The notes beneath the pieces are model-generated. The model made no database searches. It worked only from the letters and a program-made list of their open reading frames with translations, and was not told the DNA's origin. A program made the translations under genes and the position numbers. Below are positions 27,850-46,381 of a DNA stretch of 64,000 nucleotides, piece by piece. The stretch is from the NCBI GenBank assembly GCA_963693365.1, contig CAVNZM010000004.1:11126468-11190467 (forward strand), given 5' to 3'. Position 1 is the first letter of the stretch. Each line of letters begins with the position of its first letter. Source of the DNA: Amoebidium appalachense (taxonomy: Eukaryota; Protista; Ichthyosporea).

Positions 27850-28552
27850 AAAAAATATCTCTCTTCCATTTCACCCCTGTAATGCTGTGTCTTCCCCTTC
27901 CACCTGCTACACTGTGCATGGATAATACCACTGAGCCACGTACCCTCCAGGTTCATGCAGTAGAGGTTCTTGTCGTGGGCCATCTTGGGAAACACCTCCT
28001 TCTCAATGGATGTGGGCTTGAGCTATCGGGAAAGCAAAAACGTCAGCACAGCACTGTGACACACGTACTGAGAAGCTTGCCCCCTCCCCCCCTCCCCCAA
28101 ACACACACACACACACACACACACAAAAAAAAAAAGTGATAGCATAATGCTCACACAACCCCATCTTTCACACTGCCATCAACAAGGGAATCCAGCACCC
28201 ACGAATGTTTGTGCATGTGCACTCAAAAACGCAAGCCAAGAGCACCCACGTCTAACCAACCCCCCCACCCCCCCTTTCCCCTTTCCACCCCATCCCCCAA
28301 CCCTCTTTTGCCCCCCCCCCCCCCCCCCCCCCCCCTCCTCCCCACTCACACAAAAAATTAGTCCCTCCCCCCTCCCCCCAGCCCTTCACAGTCCAACCTA
28401 TGTGTTGGGGACTGCTACATTATGTGTTATATTACTATGGTCCCATAAATAGCACTACGATTTTGTGACACACTAGGAGGGCATTCAACCCATGGGGGCT
28501 CTACACCGGGCCCGAGGGGAGAAGGGGGGGGTGGGAGAGGAGGAGGGAAGGG

Positions 28553-28584
<32 letters not shown>

Positions 28585-30881
28585 TTGTGGTGGTTGTGGT
28601 TGTGGTGGTGGGGGGGGGGGGGGGGGGGTAGAGGGCGGAGCTCTATATCGAGGTTCGACTGTATAAAAACCAACACATAGGCACAGGCACATACCTCGAT
28701 CCTATCCAGAACGGAGGGGTTGAGCAGATAGATGCCTGCATTGATCTTGTTGGACACAAACACAGACGGCTTCTCAACAAACTGAATAATCTCCCCGTTG
28801 GGCTCCGCAACAATCACACCATACTTGGATGGGTCGTCCACCTTGGTCACTGTGTGCGTGTATGTGTGTGTGTACATGTGTTGTGTGTGTGTGTGTGTGT
28901 GTGCCTGAACGTATGTGTGCGTGTATGCATGTGTGCGTGTGCCTGTACGTGTGTGTGCGTGTATGCGTGTGTGTGTACGTGTGTACGTGTGTACGTGTGT
29001 ACGTGTGTGTGTGTGTGTGTGTGAATGTGTGGGTGTGAGTGTGCGTGTGCGTGTGCGTGTGTGTGTGTGTGAGTGTGAGTGAGTGTGAATGAAGGAAATC
29101 TTAAACACGCATTCGAGACATTTATTATTGGGGGGGGGGGGGCTGGGGGTGGGGGGGGGGGGGGGAGGGGGGAAGGGCAGGTTCATAAAATGGCGATGAG
29201 GACGAGTACGTTTGGGAAGATACAGAAAAGGGACAGGGACTTTATATTGTATTGCACAACGGGGGGCGGGGGTGAGTGGGTGGGTGAAATGGGAAGGAGG
29301 GGGCCAGGGGGGGGGGGGGGGAGGGGGACAAGGGGGGGAGGGGGGTTGAGGGGAAGGGGGAAAGGGAGGGGTATCGAACCTAATGCACAGTTAATCAAAA
29401 GAATAGAACAGCAGAGGATGTTGCAAGGCAGATGAGATAATTACAACACACACTCAGTACGCAACACAAGTAAAGCCCTTTCGGGGGGACCGGGGGAGGG
29501 GGGGGGGGGGGGGGGGAGGAAGAGGAAGGGGGGGAGGAGGAGGAGGGAGGGTAAGGGCTGGTGGTTCAGGTGGTGGTGGTGGTGATAGGGGGGAGGGGGG
29601 GAGGAGGTAGGGGGAGGGGGTGGGGGGGGGGGGGGGGAGGGGGGAGGGGAGTGGGGGGGGGGGGCATACCAACAAGAGTACCCTCCTTTCCGTGTGCTTT
29701 GTGGAAGCGTGCCATCTCGGCGAAGGGAAAGTCACAGATAATGTCGCTGTTGAGAACAAAGAAAGGCTCCGTGCCGGAAAGAAGGTCACGGGCAAGAGCA
29801 AGCGGACCGGCGGTGCCCAGAGGCTCGGTTTCCTGAGAAATGCTAATGGTGATGCCAAGCTGTGTGTGTACGTGTACGCGTGTGTTTGTACGCGCGTGTG
29901 TGTGTGTGTATGTTTCAGTGTTAGTGATAGCCATGCGACTTAAGCAAACCATGCCGGAACAGGAAAATGGTGTACTGATGAAGGCAGGGAGGAGAGGAGG
30001 GAGGAGGGTGAGGAAGAGGGGGGGGAGAGAGGGGGGAGGGGGGCAGAGCACTCAAGGAACCTCAGATGCAAGAGCCGGAAGGGGGCCGGGGGAGGGGGGG
30101 GGGGTTTGCTACGGACAGGCGATTGAAAAAAAAGGGGAACGATGGTTTGAGGGCGGGGGGGGGGGGGGGGGGGGGGAGGGAGGGATGGAGGGATGGATGG
30201 ATGGAGGGAGGGAGGGAGAGGGGGGGGGGGAGAGAGAGAGTGATAAGATGAATGGACGACTAGCCTCACACTGAAACCAAACTACCATTTAACCATATTC
30301 ACTACTCCCCTCTCCTTTCTCCTTCTCCCAACCACACCCGATAGCCATGCAGGCCCCGGCAGCCATGTGCTATACACATGCGCGCACACCCACACCCACA
30401 CACCCACACACACAGCCACACACACACACACCTCGGCCTCGTATTTCTTGAGGAAGGACTCCATGACCTCTGCACGGTAGTTGACAGCCAGCACGATGTG
30501 GTTGACCCCAGCCTGATTCCAAGACTCAAGTTAGCTTAACCTACCACATACTCTCCATCCCCCCCTCGCCCCCTCACACACACACACATCATTCTCCGGC
30601 CCTCCTCTTCCACACTCAACCACATGCCTTTCTGCGTACAACCGCTTTCTCATCTCCACCTCCCCCCCCCCCCCCCCCCCCCCCCCCCCCACTTGCCCCT
30701 TGATTGGTACACACTTGGATATTAACACAGACACACATGCCATGTTACCACTTCCCTTCTCTCACACCCTAAAAAAGCCATATCCTCACATCAACATCAT
30801 CCCCACCCCCTTCCTCCCCCCCCCCCCCCCCCCCCCTCCCCGGCCAGGACACACCCACCCACACCCACACCCACACCCACA

Positions 30882-30912
<31 letters not shown>

Positions 30913-31410
30913 AACCTCTCCACTGACAACCCCAACCTTACTGTTCTTTGGGCACACCAGCATATGCAAGTGATACAGCTCCCCTTTCTCTCACCATCTC
31001 TCATAGTTTCCTCCCTTTTGGGTTCCCCGGCAGCCCCTACCCTCCTCTACCACCATCATCACCACCACCATCACACACACACACACACAGGCTCATACAT
31101 GGGCGCCCTAGCGTAACACCCACCCACGCACCCACCCATACACACAAACCTACACGCCCACACACAAGACACACACACACACAGACACACAGACAAACAC
31201 CCACACGCCCACACACAGACACACAGACACACACAGACACACACACACACACGCGCGCACACACATACACACGCTACTTGCCTTGACCAGCTCGTAGATC
31301 TGATGCAGCACCATGGCCTTGTTTCCAAACGGCACCATGGGCTTGGGCAGAGTCAGGGTTAGGGGGCGCAGGCGGGTGCCATAGCCACCAACAAGAATCA
31401 GAGCCTTCAT
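25109..31410 (-). CDS. GMPPB: Mannose-1-phosphate guanylyltransferase (GDP-mannose pyrophosphorylase, beta/PSA1 type), 8 exons
   Basis: Exons 31410-31282, 30512-30432, 29859-29670, 28849-28695, 28022-27944, 27502-27375, 26120-26042 and 25344-25109 splice in phase. Motifs: [58 protein letters not shown], a left-handed beta-helix and VLPHKSI...PEIVM*. Confidence 0.97.
26170..26843. mobile_element. MITE-like element with 32-bp inverted repeats in GMPPB intron 6
   Basis: tgcgtgaacagccaggtccaggttcggattgg (26170-26201) matches the reverse complement of 26812-26843 with 2 mismatches. The interior is non-coding and non-microsatellite. No TSD was identified. Confidence 0.65.
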
Positions 31411-31489
31411 AGTGCTGAGTAGATGAATGTTTCCTGTGTGGAATGTGATTGTTTAAATTGGCTCAAAGAGAGCGAGAGGGAGATGGAGA

Positions 31490-31669
<180 letters not shown>

Positions 31670-32643
31670 GCTCGTTGTGCCGACGTTATACTTAAGAGAT
31701 AGTGACCGAAGGTGTGGTTCGATCGAGCTGGGTCTGCTGAGACTTAGCACATGGCAATTTTAGCAAATCAGTGGATGTTGGTCACAAAAACCTCACTCGG
31801 TCATTTCGATAAACGTAGACACACCCAGAAGTTAACTAAATAGCACTTCAACGAACTCTTACACAACTTGGACTGGGTCCCTTCACAACCCTGGTCATAG
31901 AGGAAACCCTTCCACACTCCGTCACATAGCATGTTTGACTAGGTGGATCTCTGACCAACCCCTTCACTTCCCCGCTCCAACTCCTTCCTTTTTTCCACGA
32001 ACTCCCTGTCAAGGACCAGTAAACTCCTTTACCTAGGGTAAACGCGTTGGCAAGCAAGAAAACTGTAAACGGTTTTGGCAGGTGTACCGGTCTTGGGGGC
32101 TTTTGTCCCGGCGAATCGACGGCGAATCTGGTGTGGCACGATTTGATTGGATAAGTAGATAAGGTGATTCGCTAGATCTACAGTTGCTATGCCACAAGGA
32201 ACTCAATAACCAATCAACGTGCAGGCTATTCGGCTTTTTCCACCCCGAACAGGGCAGGGCTGGAGCTCCCCTAGGCATTTTCTCACCTCTGTCACACCTC
32301 TCGAGATCTGTCTCCGAAGATCGCCCCCTCCCTTCCCTTAATCCCTTCGGTTCATTTTCCTGGCACTCATAAATATATGTGCAGGTTGTTTCCAAACCAA
32401 GGCATCTTCGCCCCCCCCCCCCCCCCCCCCCCCCGGGCCACCGTGCCCCCCCCCCCCCCCCCCCCCCCCCCGCCTCCCCAACCCCATCCCCACCCACCCG
32501 CCCACCCACCCATTCACCCATCCACCCTCCTTACACACACACGCGCGCGCGCGCGCACACGCACGCAGGCACGCAGGCACGCAGGCACGCACGCAGGCAC
32601 GCACGCAGGCACGCAGGCACGCACGCACGCACGCACACGCGCG

Positions 32644-32682
<39 letters not shown>

Positions 32683-34244
32683 AAAAAAAAAGAAGCAGAC
32701 ACACACTGGCATGCACACGCATGCACACACGCGCGCACACACATGCACAAGCACACACTGTCAGGGACACACACACAAACACACACACACATACACACGC
32801 ACGCACACAATCACACCACCCTCTCCTTTCTCCGAGAACGTCATTCTCTTTGCTTGCACCTCCATAAGTAGTTTATGGCCGCTGACTCCCCTAAACCAGC
32901 CACCTTTCGCTAGCAAGCTAACAAGCTGATAAGTCCAGTCAGTACTTAGCAGTAATTTTTGGCCACCACTTGGAGGTGTTTAACTGTTATTAGTAACTGC
33001 CGGCAAGTACGTATGGGACATCCAACATCTGGTGATCAGCACGGTGGTGAACCGATTTGTAGCAGCGCTCGAAAACCAGATACGGTTGTTTTTTATTAGA
33101 CCGGGGCGCAACCGGCAGCATTGTCAAGTCAGTGTTGCTCTAGCTGTTTTTTGGTACCTGTGTCCGGATAGGCCCTTTAAGCCAGATCTCAACATCATTG
33201 AAGCCTACATTCGTTTAGCCAGTCTTCGACAGTCACTTCGGGTTATCGAATCTGCAACCTGTAACCATGTACACTTTAGAAAAAGAAAAAGGGCTGATAG
33301 TCAGAAAGGCTATTCAGTTAGGCCTAGGCTCTCGTCACCAGCTGGGCGGCGTGTAAATACACAATCTTTGTATGGGAATATGCATATGGTGCAAGAATTA
33401 GAACCTAGAAGCTTGGCTGTTATTGATAGCAGCACAGTTCCATAGAAGGGAGTGTGTCACGAAGTTCAATGTGTAAGCATGGAAGAGTGGCTCACTACTG
33501 GGTTGTGGAAATGGGCGGTGCCCCCCCGAGGTGCCTACGCGCGGGCGTCATGGTGAGGCACGCAGCACACCGGCAGGGACCAAATACCTAAGTACTACAC
33601 TTCCCAATACCCGGCCAGACTATCCGGTATAGAGACCTTGCAGGTGATTCTGTGACGAACACTGACAAACACAGCAAGGCAGTGTCGCCGCTGAACGGTT
33701 GAAGGCACCCTTTGTACTTCACTGCGATGCAGCAACATGCACGGGGCCGAGATAACCTGCCGAATTCAGTTGGATAGTTCTTAGGATAAGGGTGACTTGG
33801 GTCATCGGGGTGTCACGACTCCTGAGTGAATCACTCGACTGTGTTTTAGCATGCTTAAGCACATGTGGGTGATAAATCTTTTGTTAGTTTAGGAGCCACG
33901 GCCCTGCCCTCTGTGTTCAGAGGGCCGTGTTAGGAACTCCCCTTTAGCTGTGACTCGGAGCAAAAAGGTGCAATACATGCTGTTTATCATAAACAAAAGT
34001 TATTTGAAAAGCTTGTGATAATCCACAAAATGCGGTTTCAGGACCAAACTAGGAGGATTGCGTACTTCTTTTTGATTGGTGTAAACAGTACCATTAGTGC
34101 AGTATTAGCCAACCACAATGAGAATGATGGCTGCTTTCTGCTCTAGGAGGTTTTATGTATTTGCCACTGGCTGCCAGAAGAAGACTTTTGCGCACTGAAA
34201 ACCATACCACTTAGTCAATATTATACTTCTTATTCTCTGTAGAA

Positions 34245-37889
<3,645 letters not shown>

Positions 37890-38085
37890 ACCCCACCCCG
37901 TCTCCCAATTCATTCAGGCAGTCACACATGTGCAAAAGACGGTTTCGCTAGTGTGTGCCCCCCTCTCTCGCACTCACATACACTCTCTCCCTCCCCCCCT
38001 CCCTCCCTCCCTGTCGATATCTCCCTCCCTATCTCCCTCCCTCCCTCCCTCCCTCCCTCACTCTCTCTTTCCTCCCCCCCCCCTT

Positions 38086-38117
<32 letters not shown>

Positions 38118-38559
38118 TCCTCCCTCCTAGTCCTATCCAGCTTCCCGTCCATAATGAATTTTAACGTTTTTCTCACGTGTCTACCGTACACGTTTTCCTG
38201 TTTGGTGTATAGGCAGTAAGAAAAACGAAGAGTGTACACTATGTATTTACTGCAAGTAATTTAGCATTCACATTATGTAAATTCCAGGTGGTGTGTAAGG
38301 AAGGACTCCAGGTTTAGCCTACAAAGTACAGCAAATACTTAGCGTGAGGTGATACGACACACGCGCCTCCATATATATCCATATAGCACAACGGTGGCTG
38401 GGCAAAACCTTCAAAGACTGACCATGTGTCTGTTACAAATTTGAGCCATGGAAACACCGTTAAATGTCAATGTATGTAGCACACGGTACATGGTACTGTC
38501 TTCTTGGTTTTCCGGTCTCGAGCTCCATGATGGGTTCAACCCCGCCTTCGAACCCCCCC

Positions 38560-38590
<31 letters not shown>

Positions 38591-39022
38591 ACACGGGGAG
38601 GCCCCACCCACCAATATAACCACCAAGTATATTGCAATCCATAGTCCATCTGCAAGTGTTGACCCATGCATAGCTTATTCAGATCTGATCGGGCCACACA
38701 TCAACCCACCCAAGCTCAGATTACAAGGTCGCAGCAAGAGAGAATTGTCCCCATCCCCCCCCAGCTTCAAATTTTGCAGTCATGAAAACATTCTATGAAC
38801 ATTACCACGTGCACACACACACCACTTTTGCCTCCCCCCCCCCCCCCGTGGGCCCCTACATGTACGTACATAATAACATCGCGCTTCGTCATAGTACTCC
38901 GGATTTCGAACATAATATGCTCTTATGTTATGTTCTACTGTGCAACAACTGCTCGACGATCCATGGAAGAAGCTTTTCTTCCTTCTTTGAATTATTGGAA
39001 GCCCCCCGGGGGGGAGGGAGAA

Positions 39023-39054
<32 letters not shown>

Positions 39055-40683
39055 AGCTTTGCGACGGTCTGTACGATGAATTTAATTACAAAAAAAAAAA
39101 AAAAAAATAGTTCGGCCTGGCTATTGTGCGGCTGTAGTACTAGTGTCCATATATCATCGTTATAAACACCACACTGTGCACATAATATTTTAATTTATCG
39201 ACCGTGCAGGACTGTGCTTGCACTATAAGGAGCCTGATCAATCACATGGGGAATGACTGTGCAAACAAACACACGGCACCGAGCATGTTGGTGCTCACCG
39301 TGGTGATGGGGTGGTAACTTGGCCTACCTTTTCTTTCCCCTTTTCTTTTTTTTCTTTTCTTTTCTTCTTCTTCTTCTTCTTCTTCTTCTTCTTCTTCTTC
39401 TTTTTTTTTTTTTTTTTTTTTTTTTGTGGTGGTGGTGGTGGGTGGGGGGGTTGGGGGGGGGGGGGGGGGGGGGGGGTTTTGAATGCGTCAAAAAGTACGA
39501 AGTACACAAGAACAAACGGATAACACGATGCAGAATGCAAGCCATACATAAAGAGTATGCATAATAAGCAGAGCCCATCCTCAGGGGGGGCCCACGTCAT
39601 CCACAGTACCCGAGTTTCGACCTATTCCCCTCGTTAACGAAACCCAACTCAGATACTGTTTCACTGGGTACCTGGCGAATAATCTGACAACCTTCTTCAC
39701 AGGCAACATACACTAATTAGATGTTTATTATTTGTTAAGTACATTATTGGAGAGAGGAGGTGTTAGGCAACCCGGCCTTGTACAGCCATCACCTGATCAG
39801 GAGCCTTTAATATTTATATAACACCGCCGATACAACACGGATTTACAAAAGTACATTATCGGGGAGTAAAAGCCCTAGGCACTGAACTCTGCCAGCTCTA
39901 AGGGGATAAAGAAAAACGATTCTAAAACTTCCGAAAGGAGGCTATTCATATTATTTATCTAACCAACCATGCGACTTAACAACTGCTCCAGGCTGGAAGG
40001 TAAGAAAAAATACCCTCTGCGGATATGTATGTACATATGCAACATCATACAACCAAACTTTCGGGAGATATTCGGGATATATATATATATCTACATGTTT
40101 GCGCTATATATTACTTATTATTCAATGTCATCACTGACAAAGTTTATATTATCTTCCCTCATGATCCCTCTCTGCCTCCCATCATCTTCGTTACATCTAG
40201 AGCCAAGTCTACCCATGTTTTTCAAAGATGAGAACAGGTAAGAGAAGGGAGCCAAAAAAAAAAAAAAAGAGAGAAGAAAGAAAAAAGAAATAAAAATAAA
40301 AATTGCAAAAGGAATAACCCTGGCGGGTGGAAAAGAAGAAGTGACTCACCATAACCAAAACCTTGAAAGACAAAAAATCTGGAGTACAGAAACCAAAGTC
40401 ATTCATATTCTACATTTTCCGCCATAATCCCTTCATACCAAAGATGAGATATCTCCCACAACACAAGGCAATGCAAGCACATTCATTTTTTTTTTCTTCC
40501 AGGTAATGCAACAGATGAAAGACGCACGAACCATTGTGTGCATGCAATGCCATTTGCGAGCCACTCTCTGCATAGGGGGGAGGGGGGGGGGGGGGGGTGA
40601 TTGCTGTTATATTGGGCAAAAAAAGGGGAGAAGGGGAGGAGGAGGGGGGGGGGGGGGGGGGGGGGGGGGCACGTCCCAGCAGT

Positions 40684-40874
40684 CTATTCTGAGCGTATTG
40701 GCTGGAGCACATGGGGGTTGAAGGCATTTGGGTGGTGGATATCACCCTTGGACTCGATGGGTGGGTGCATGCGGCTGAGACGGAAGATGGTCACCGCAAA
40801 CGAGTCCAGGAGGAAAAGGTTCACTAGCGCCTGTGGGGGTGTGTGTGGGTGCATGGGGGGTGGTTGTTGTGTGT

Positions 40875-40925
<51 letters not shown>

Positions 40926-42003
40926 GGGGGAGGGGGGAGGAGGGGGGAGTTGGGGAAGGTGGAGAGGGGAGGGGGGAGGGGGGGGGGCAAGGGAGGATAA
41001 GAATCTAAATTTACAACGGCTAACAATGCACATGAAAGGGGGGGGGGGGGGGGGGCTCTTAAAGGAATCCCAATGCAACATGTTATAGGGCCTACAATGA
41101 TGACGTAACATGACAGGCGGCCTAATAAGCACAAACGGGGAGGGGATATAGCACATGATACTAAATAATGTACGGGGAGGGGATACCACATACATACAAT
41201 GAAAATGTGCAGAGAGGGGATACACGTACGAAAACATTGTAATGCATGGGGAAGGGATAGCACAAGCGAAAATCATAGGGGGAACACCTACGATGATAAT
41301 GTAGTTTGACATGATGACGGTGGAGCACTGCACCTGCACCAGAAACACGGCCAGGGCCCAGCCGTACTGAAGCACACTGGTGGCTAGCAGCGACCGCACA
41401 TTCTGAATGTGGGGGATATGTGGCATTGGTCAGCATTAGGGATATGTGGGATAGGATTGGTTAGCATTAGGGATATGTGTGGCATTGTGGTTCAGAAAGA
41501 GTAGAACAGATTCTCAGTGCGAACGTACAATTACAAAATTTGCGGATATGCAAACCAAGGTCATACACAGAGAGAGGGCTATGCAACATAATAAAGCCTA
41601 ATGCAAACTAACATCCACTATTCCACGTCCTTAGACTGCATAACACATACCATGCTTGGACCAGCATCCTCTGACACATCTTTGTCGGATATGCAAAAAA
41701 CACCATTGACACACCTCTGCAAACACTGGTGCTCAATGGAAGTCATGGAAAACACAGATGCCATCGAAAAATAAAACATGAAAGGTGGCGAGCTTGGTAT
41801 ATGTGGTTTACGAAAAAAACACGGTCTTTATCTGTACTTGCACCAACCACTACACAAGGTACCCCAGTAGTCTACCTGCCATCCCTTTGTATTTGTTTCA
41901 TTGTTGCAAGTAGGAGTAGGGGTGTATCTGAGGGTGGGTGTGGAACTGGATGCAGTTTTATTCTAACTCCAATTTTAAAATATGCCTCTTTTTTTCTTCT
42001 TTT

Positions 42004-42045
<42 letters not shown>

Positions 42046-42340
42046 TGGGGGGAGGAGAAGGGTCCACCTGGTGGTAATCGGAGAAAAAAGCCATGACGGA
42101 CCTCGTTTTCCACACATAGTAGCTGAGCAGAATGGTGTACACTGTGTGGCCAAAAAAAGAGGGGAGGTTATGAATGTGTTGGATATACATAAACCACATA
42201 AAATGGGAGAGCGGAGGAAGCGGAACAGAAAAGCCAGACATGATAGGCCGTAAAAATAGCGCAACTTCACCCCAAGGGATACATTGGGTCACAAGGACCT
42301 CATCCATGTCCGTGGATGACATGCAAAGGGACAGGGGAGG

Positions 42341-42384
<44 letters not shown>

Positions 42385-42607
42385 GAGAGAGGGGAGGGGG
42401 AGAGGGACAGAGGGGTGGGTGGGGGGGGGGGGGGGGGGGTTGTTGTTGCTAGTGGAAAAAGCTGGGCGGATTGCATGTAATGTGAGAATGGCGGAGGCAG
42501 AATAACGGTCTCACAAGTGCAGGGAGTGACAGCAACCGCGAATAGAGGTGTGGTGGTGGTGTGTGTGTGTGTATGTGTGTCTTTTTCTTTTTTTCTTTTT
42601 TTTTCGG

Positions 42608-42659
<52 letters not shown>

Positions 42660-42800
42660 GGGGAGGGGAGGGGGAGGCAGTGCGTGTGGGTGCGTGCATG
42701 CGTGTGTGCGTGCCTACGCGGGTGCTTGTGTATGTGTGTGTGTCTGGATGCCTGTGTGTGTGTGCATGTGTGCATGTGTGTGTGTGTGTGTGCGCGCGCG

Positions 42801-42848
<48 letters not shown>

Positions 42849-43369
42849 CGCGCCGGGTGCGTGCATGTGTGCGTGCGTTTATCTCCCTCTGTATGTGGAG
42901 AGGGGGGGGGGGAGGGGGGAGGGGGGGGGGGGGGGGGGGATGCTGACCTGTAGTCCAGCCAAACGTGGAGACGAACATGTAGACGTTGCCCTTGAGAGAG
43001 GTGCGGGGGATGAAGAAGCTGGGGATCTCCGTGCACACATACACTAGCTGTGGCGGGTGGTGGTGGTGGTGGTGGTGGTTGTGTGTGTGTGTTTTGGAGG
43101 GGGAGGGAGACGTGGGTAAGTAGATGCAGGGTGCACGTGTGGATGTGTACAAATTGCGCCAAAAATGTGTTCGGGATAGTATTGGACCGGGACTAACAGT
43201 GCTAACACCAGACAAGCAACAGTGTTGGAAATGACAATAATGCTTAGAATGTTCCCGATTACAAGAAACACAAGCAAAGGGTGGGGAGGGTGGGGGCGAG
43301 GGGGGGAGGTAAGAATGAGTTACACAGAACGAAGCACACATTCAGGGCATATCAGACAGAGTATGTGGG

Positions 43370-43403
<34 letters not shown>

Positions 43404-43464
43404 CATACGGGGGGAGCACCATACAAAGAATATGACACAGGGCTTTTTTTTTTTTTTTTTGTTG

Positions 43465-43517
<53 letters not shown>

Positions 43518-43828
43518 AGGGAAAGGGAGAGGGTGGGTGGGTGGGAGGGAGACGGGCAGGAACGGAGGGAGAGAGTACTGTAGGGGGGCGAGGTGGTGGG
43601 GAGCGGCAAGGCAGAGGGAGACGAGCAGGGTTGCTTATGCAAGCAAGGTGAGCAAAACGGTGAAGATGTGTGGGGGGGGGAGGGGGGGGGGGGGGGGGCA
43701 CCAACCAAGATGAGAATGGTGGGTTTGAAATACTCCACCAGGCCCTTTGTAACCCTGACCTTCATAAACAGGAGATACAGAAGTCGTAGCCGGGACACCT
43801 GTGCAGAGATGAAAAATAGAAGGCAAAG

Positions 43829-43861
<33 letters not shown>

Positions 43862-44558
43862 TGGTGGTGGTGGTGGTGGTGGGGGGGGGGGGGGGAGGGG
43901 GGGGGAGAGAAACCAAGGGGAAGGGCGGGGAGGGGGGAGGGGGGTGGGGAGAGAGGAGGATGGGGGTTACAAATCAGGACCAAGGGGAGATAAGAATAGA
44001 AGAGAGGAACAGAGGAACGGGGCACCGGGGGGATGGAGACGTCTTGGGGAAGAGAGAGAGGCACACAGAGGGTAGAGACAGGAGACGATAAAGAACTAGA
44101 GGTAAAGAATACCGGGGAGAGGTGCTCGGGAAAGAGGCAGGGTTTTTTTCGTGTGTAACTTTGTACGAGATACGCAATGTCCTTGATGCAACAAAGAGCA
44201 CACACATCAACAAAAGAGTTGGGGCATGGGGGGAGAGGGAGGGGGGGGGGGGGGGGGGGGGAAGGGGGGAGAACGGGCGGGAAAAAATACCTCAAAACAG
44301 CAACCAGCCTATCGAACGCCGGTTCAATGAAGTCCTTCTGGTCCTGGCATGTGGCGGCATCAAACACATCCCCCCACAGCTCAAACACACCAAGCACCAC
44401 CACCGGGTAGCAAGCCAACCCAGACACAAACAGCTGCACCAGATAGGGCCTACCGCGTGCCTTGATGGCTGATGTGTTGCGGAAGTAGAACACACCCACG
44501 GTGATGCCAACGGTGATGAGGAAGTTGAGGAAGATCGACGTGAGGCTAGAGTGGGTTG

Positions 44559-44644
<86 letters not shown>

Positions 44645-45226
44645 CGGAGGGGGGGTGCGCTTGGAGGAGGGGATGAGTTTGGAGAGTGGGAGGGTTAGAG
44701 TGGGTGGGTGGGTTGGGGGGGGGGGGGGGGGGGGGGGTGGAGAGGGAGGGGGGAGGCGGAGATGGGAAGTTAGGACAAGGGGTGAGTGGGAGGCGGGAAA
44801 GAAGGGGAGTTGGGGGACGGAGGTGATTGGAGGTCAGCCACGCAAGGAAAGGAATGAAAATAATAATTAGGGAGGGAAGGGAAGGGAGAAGGGTGAGAGA
44901 GGGAGCAGGGCAGTACGAAAAGTTTTTAGGGCGGGGGGATGCATGTGTGGTGTGTTGGCATCATGGGAGAAGGGGAAGGGGGGGGGGGGGGGGGGGGGGG
45001 GGAAGAGGAGGGGGGCTCGACAACAGTAAATATTAATGCAAAAATGAAAGGCCCATCCCTAGAACCGTTATATATGTGAAAAAAGGGTGGGGGAGGGGGG
45101 GAACACCGATAACATGACCGAGACTCCAAACGTTTGGTCCCTGCGAGTGTGTGTGAATGTGTGTGTGTGGTGTATGTGCGTGTGTGTGTTCGTGCGTGCG
45201 TGTATTTGTTTGTGTGTGTGTATGTA

Positions 45227-45257
<31 letters not shown>

Positions 45258-45587
45258 CCATGCCTGTAAGTTTGTGAGTGTGTGTGTGGAGGGGGGCGAG
45301 GGGGGGGGGGGGGGGGGGGTAAGAGGAGTATAACTTGCATACCTGAGTATTTTGAGTGTTGTTTCAGCATTGTGGTCGCTAACCATAGTGGCCACCATAA
45401 AAGGCACATTCAACATAGCAACCACAACAACAAACAGGGCAAACATCCACCGCCCAGTCTTTTGAAGAACGGCACCCTCATGCTCTTGGTGCATTATCTT
45501 CTCCTGAATGTGTGTGTGTGTGTGTGTGCGAGGAAAGGGAATTATAAGTCTTGTGGTAGCGGTTTGTGAGGTGGAGAAAAAGGTTGA

Positions 45588-45636
<49 letters not shown>

Positions 45637-45806
45637 CGTGCATGTGTGTGTCTGTGTGCGACACGAGCATGTTCTTAACGTCCGGAGGTGTATATTGTGT
45701 ATGTATGAGTCCATGTGCAGGTTGTGTGTGTGTGTGTGTCCGGGTGTCTGTACATGTGTGTGCACATATATGCAGTTGTAGGCGTGTGTGCATGTGCATC
45801 TGCATA

Positions 45807-45905
<99 letters not shown>

Positions 45906-46232
45906 ATGTGTGTGGGCGTGTGCATATGTATGTGCGGGTGTGCATGTGTGTGTGTGTGTGCTTTGTGTGTGTGTGTGTGTGTGTGTGTGGGCGCGTGTGC
46001 GCATGTGTGGGTGCATGTGTAGGGCCGTAGTAACGTTCCGCCCGTGAACCCCGCCCGTGAACCCGCTGAAATTCTCCTCCCACTTTGCAACGGTTCATGT
46101 GCTCAGCCAATTGCGGATGCCCAACAAAACAAACACCCACTTCTTTCCTAGTCACCCAAAATGTGGACCACGCATGGGCCATGCACCCCTACTTCCATTT
46201 ATTCACACCTTAACGCCCTCGCTACCTCCATC

Positions 46233-46264
<32 letters not shown>

Positions 46265-46328
46265 AAAAAAAAAAAAACCACACCCGCACCCACACCTGCA
46301 CCCACACCCACCCGCCCACCCACCCACC

Positions 46329-46381
<53 letters not shown>

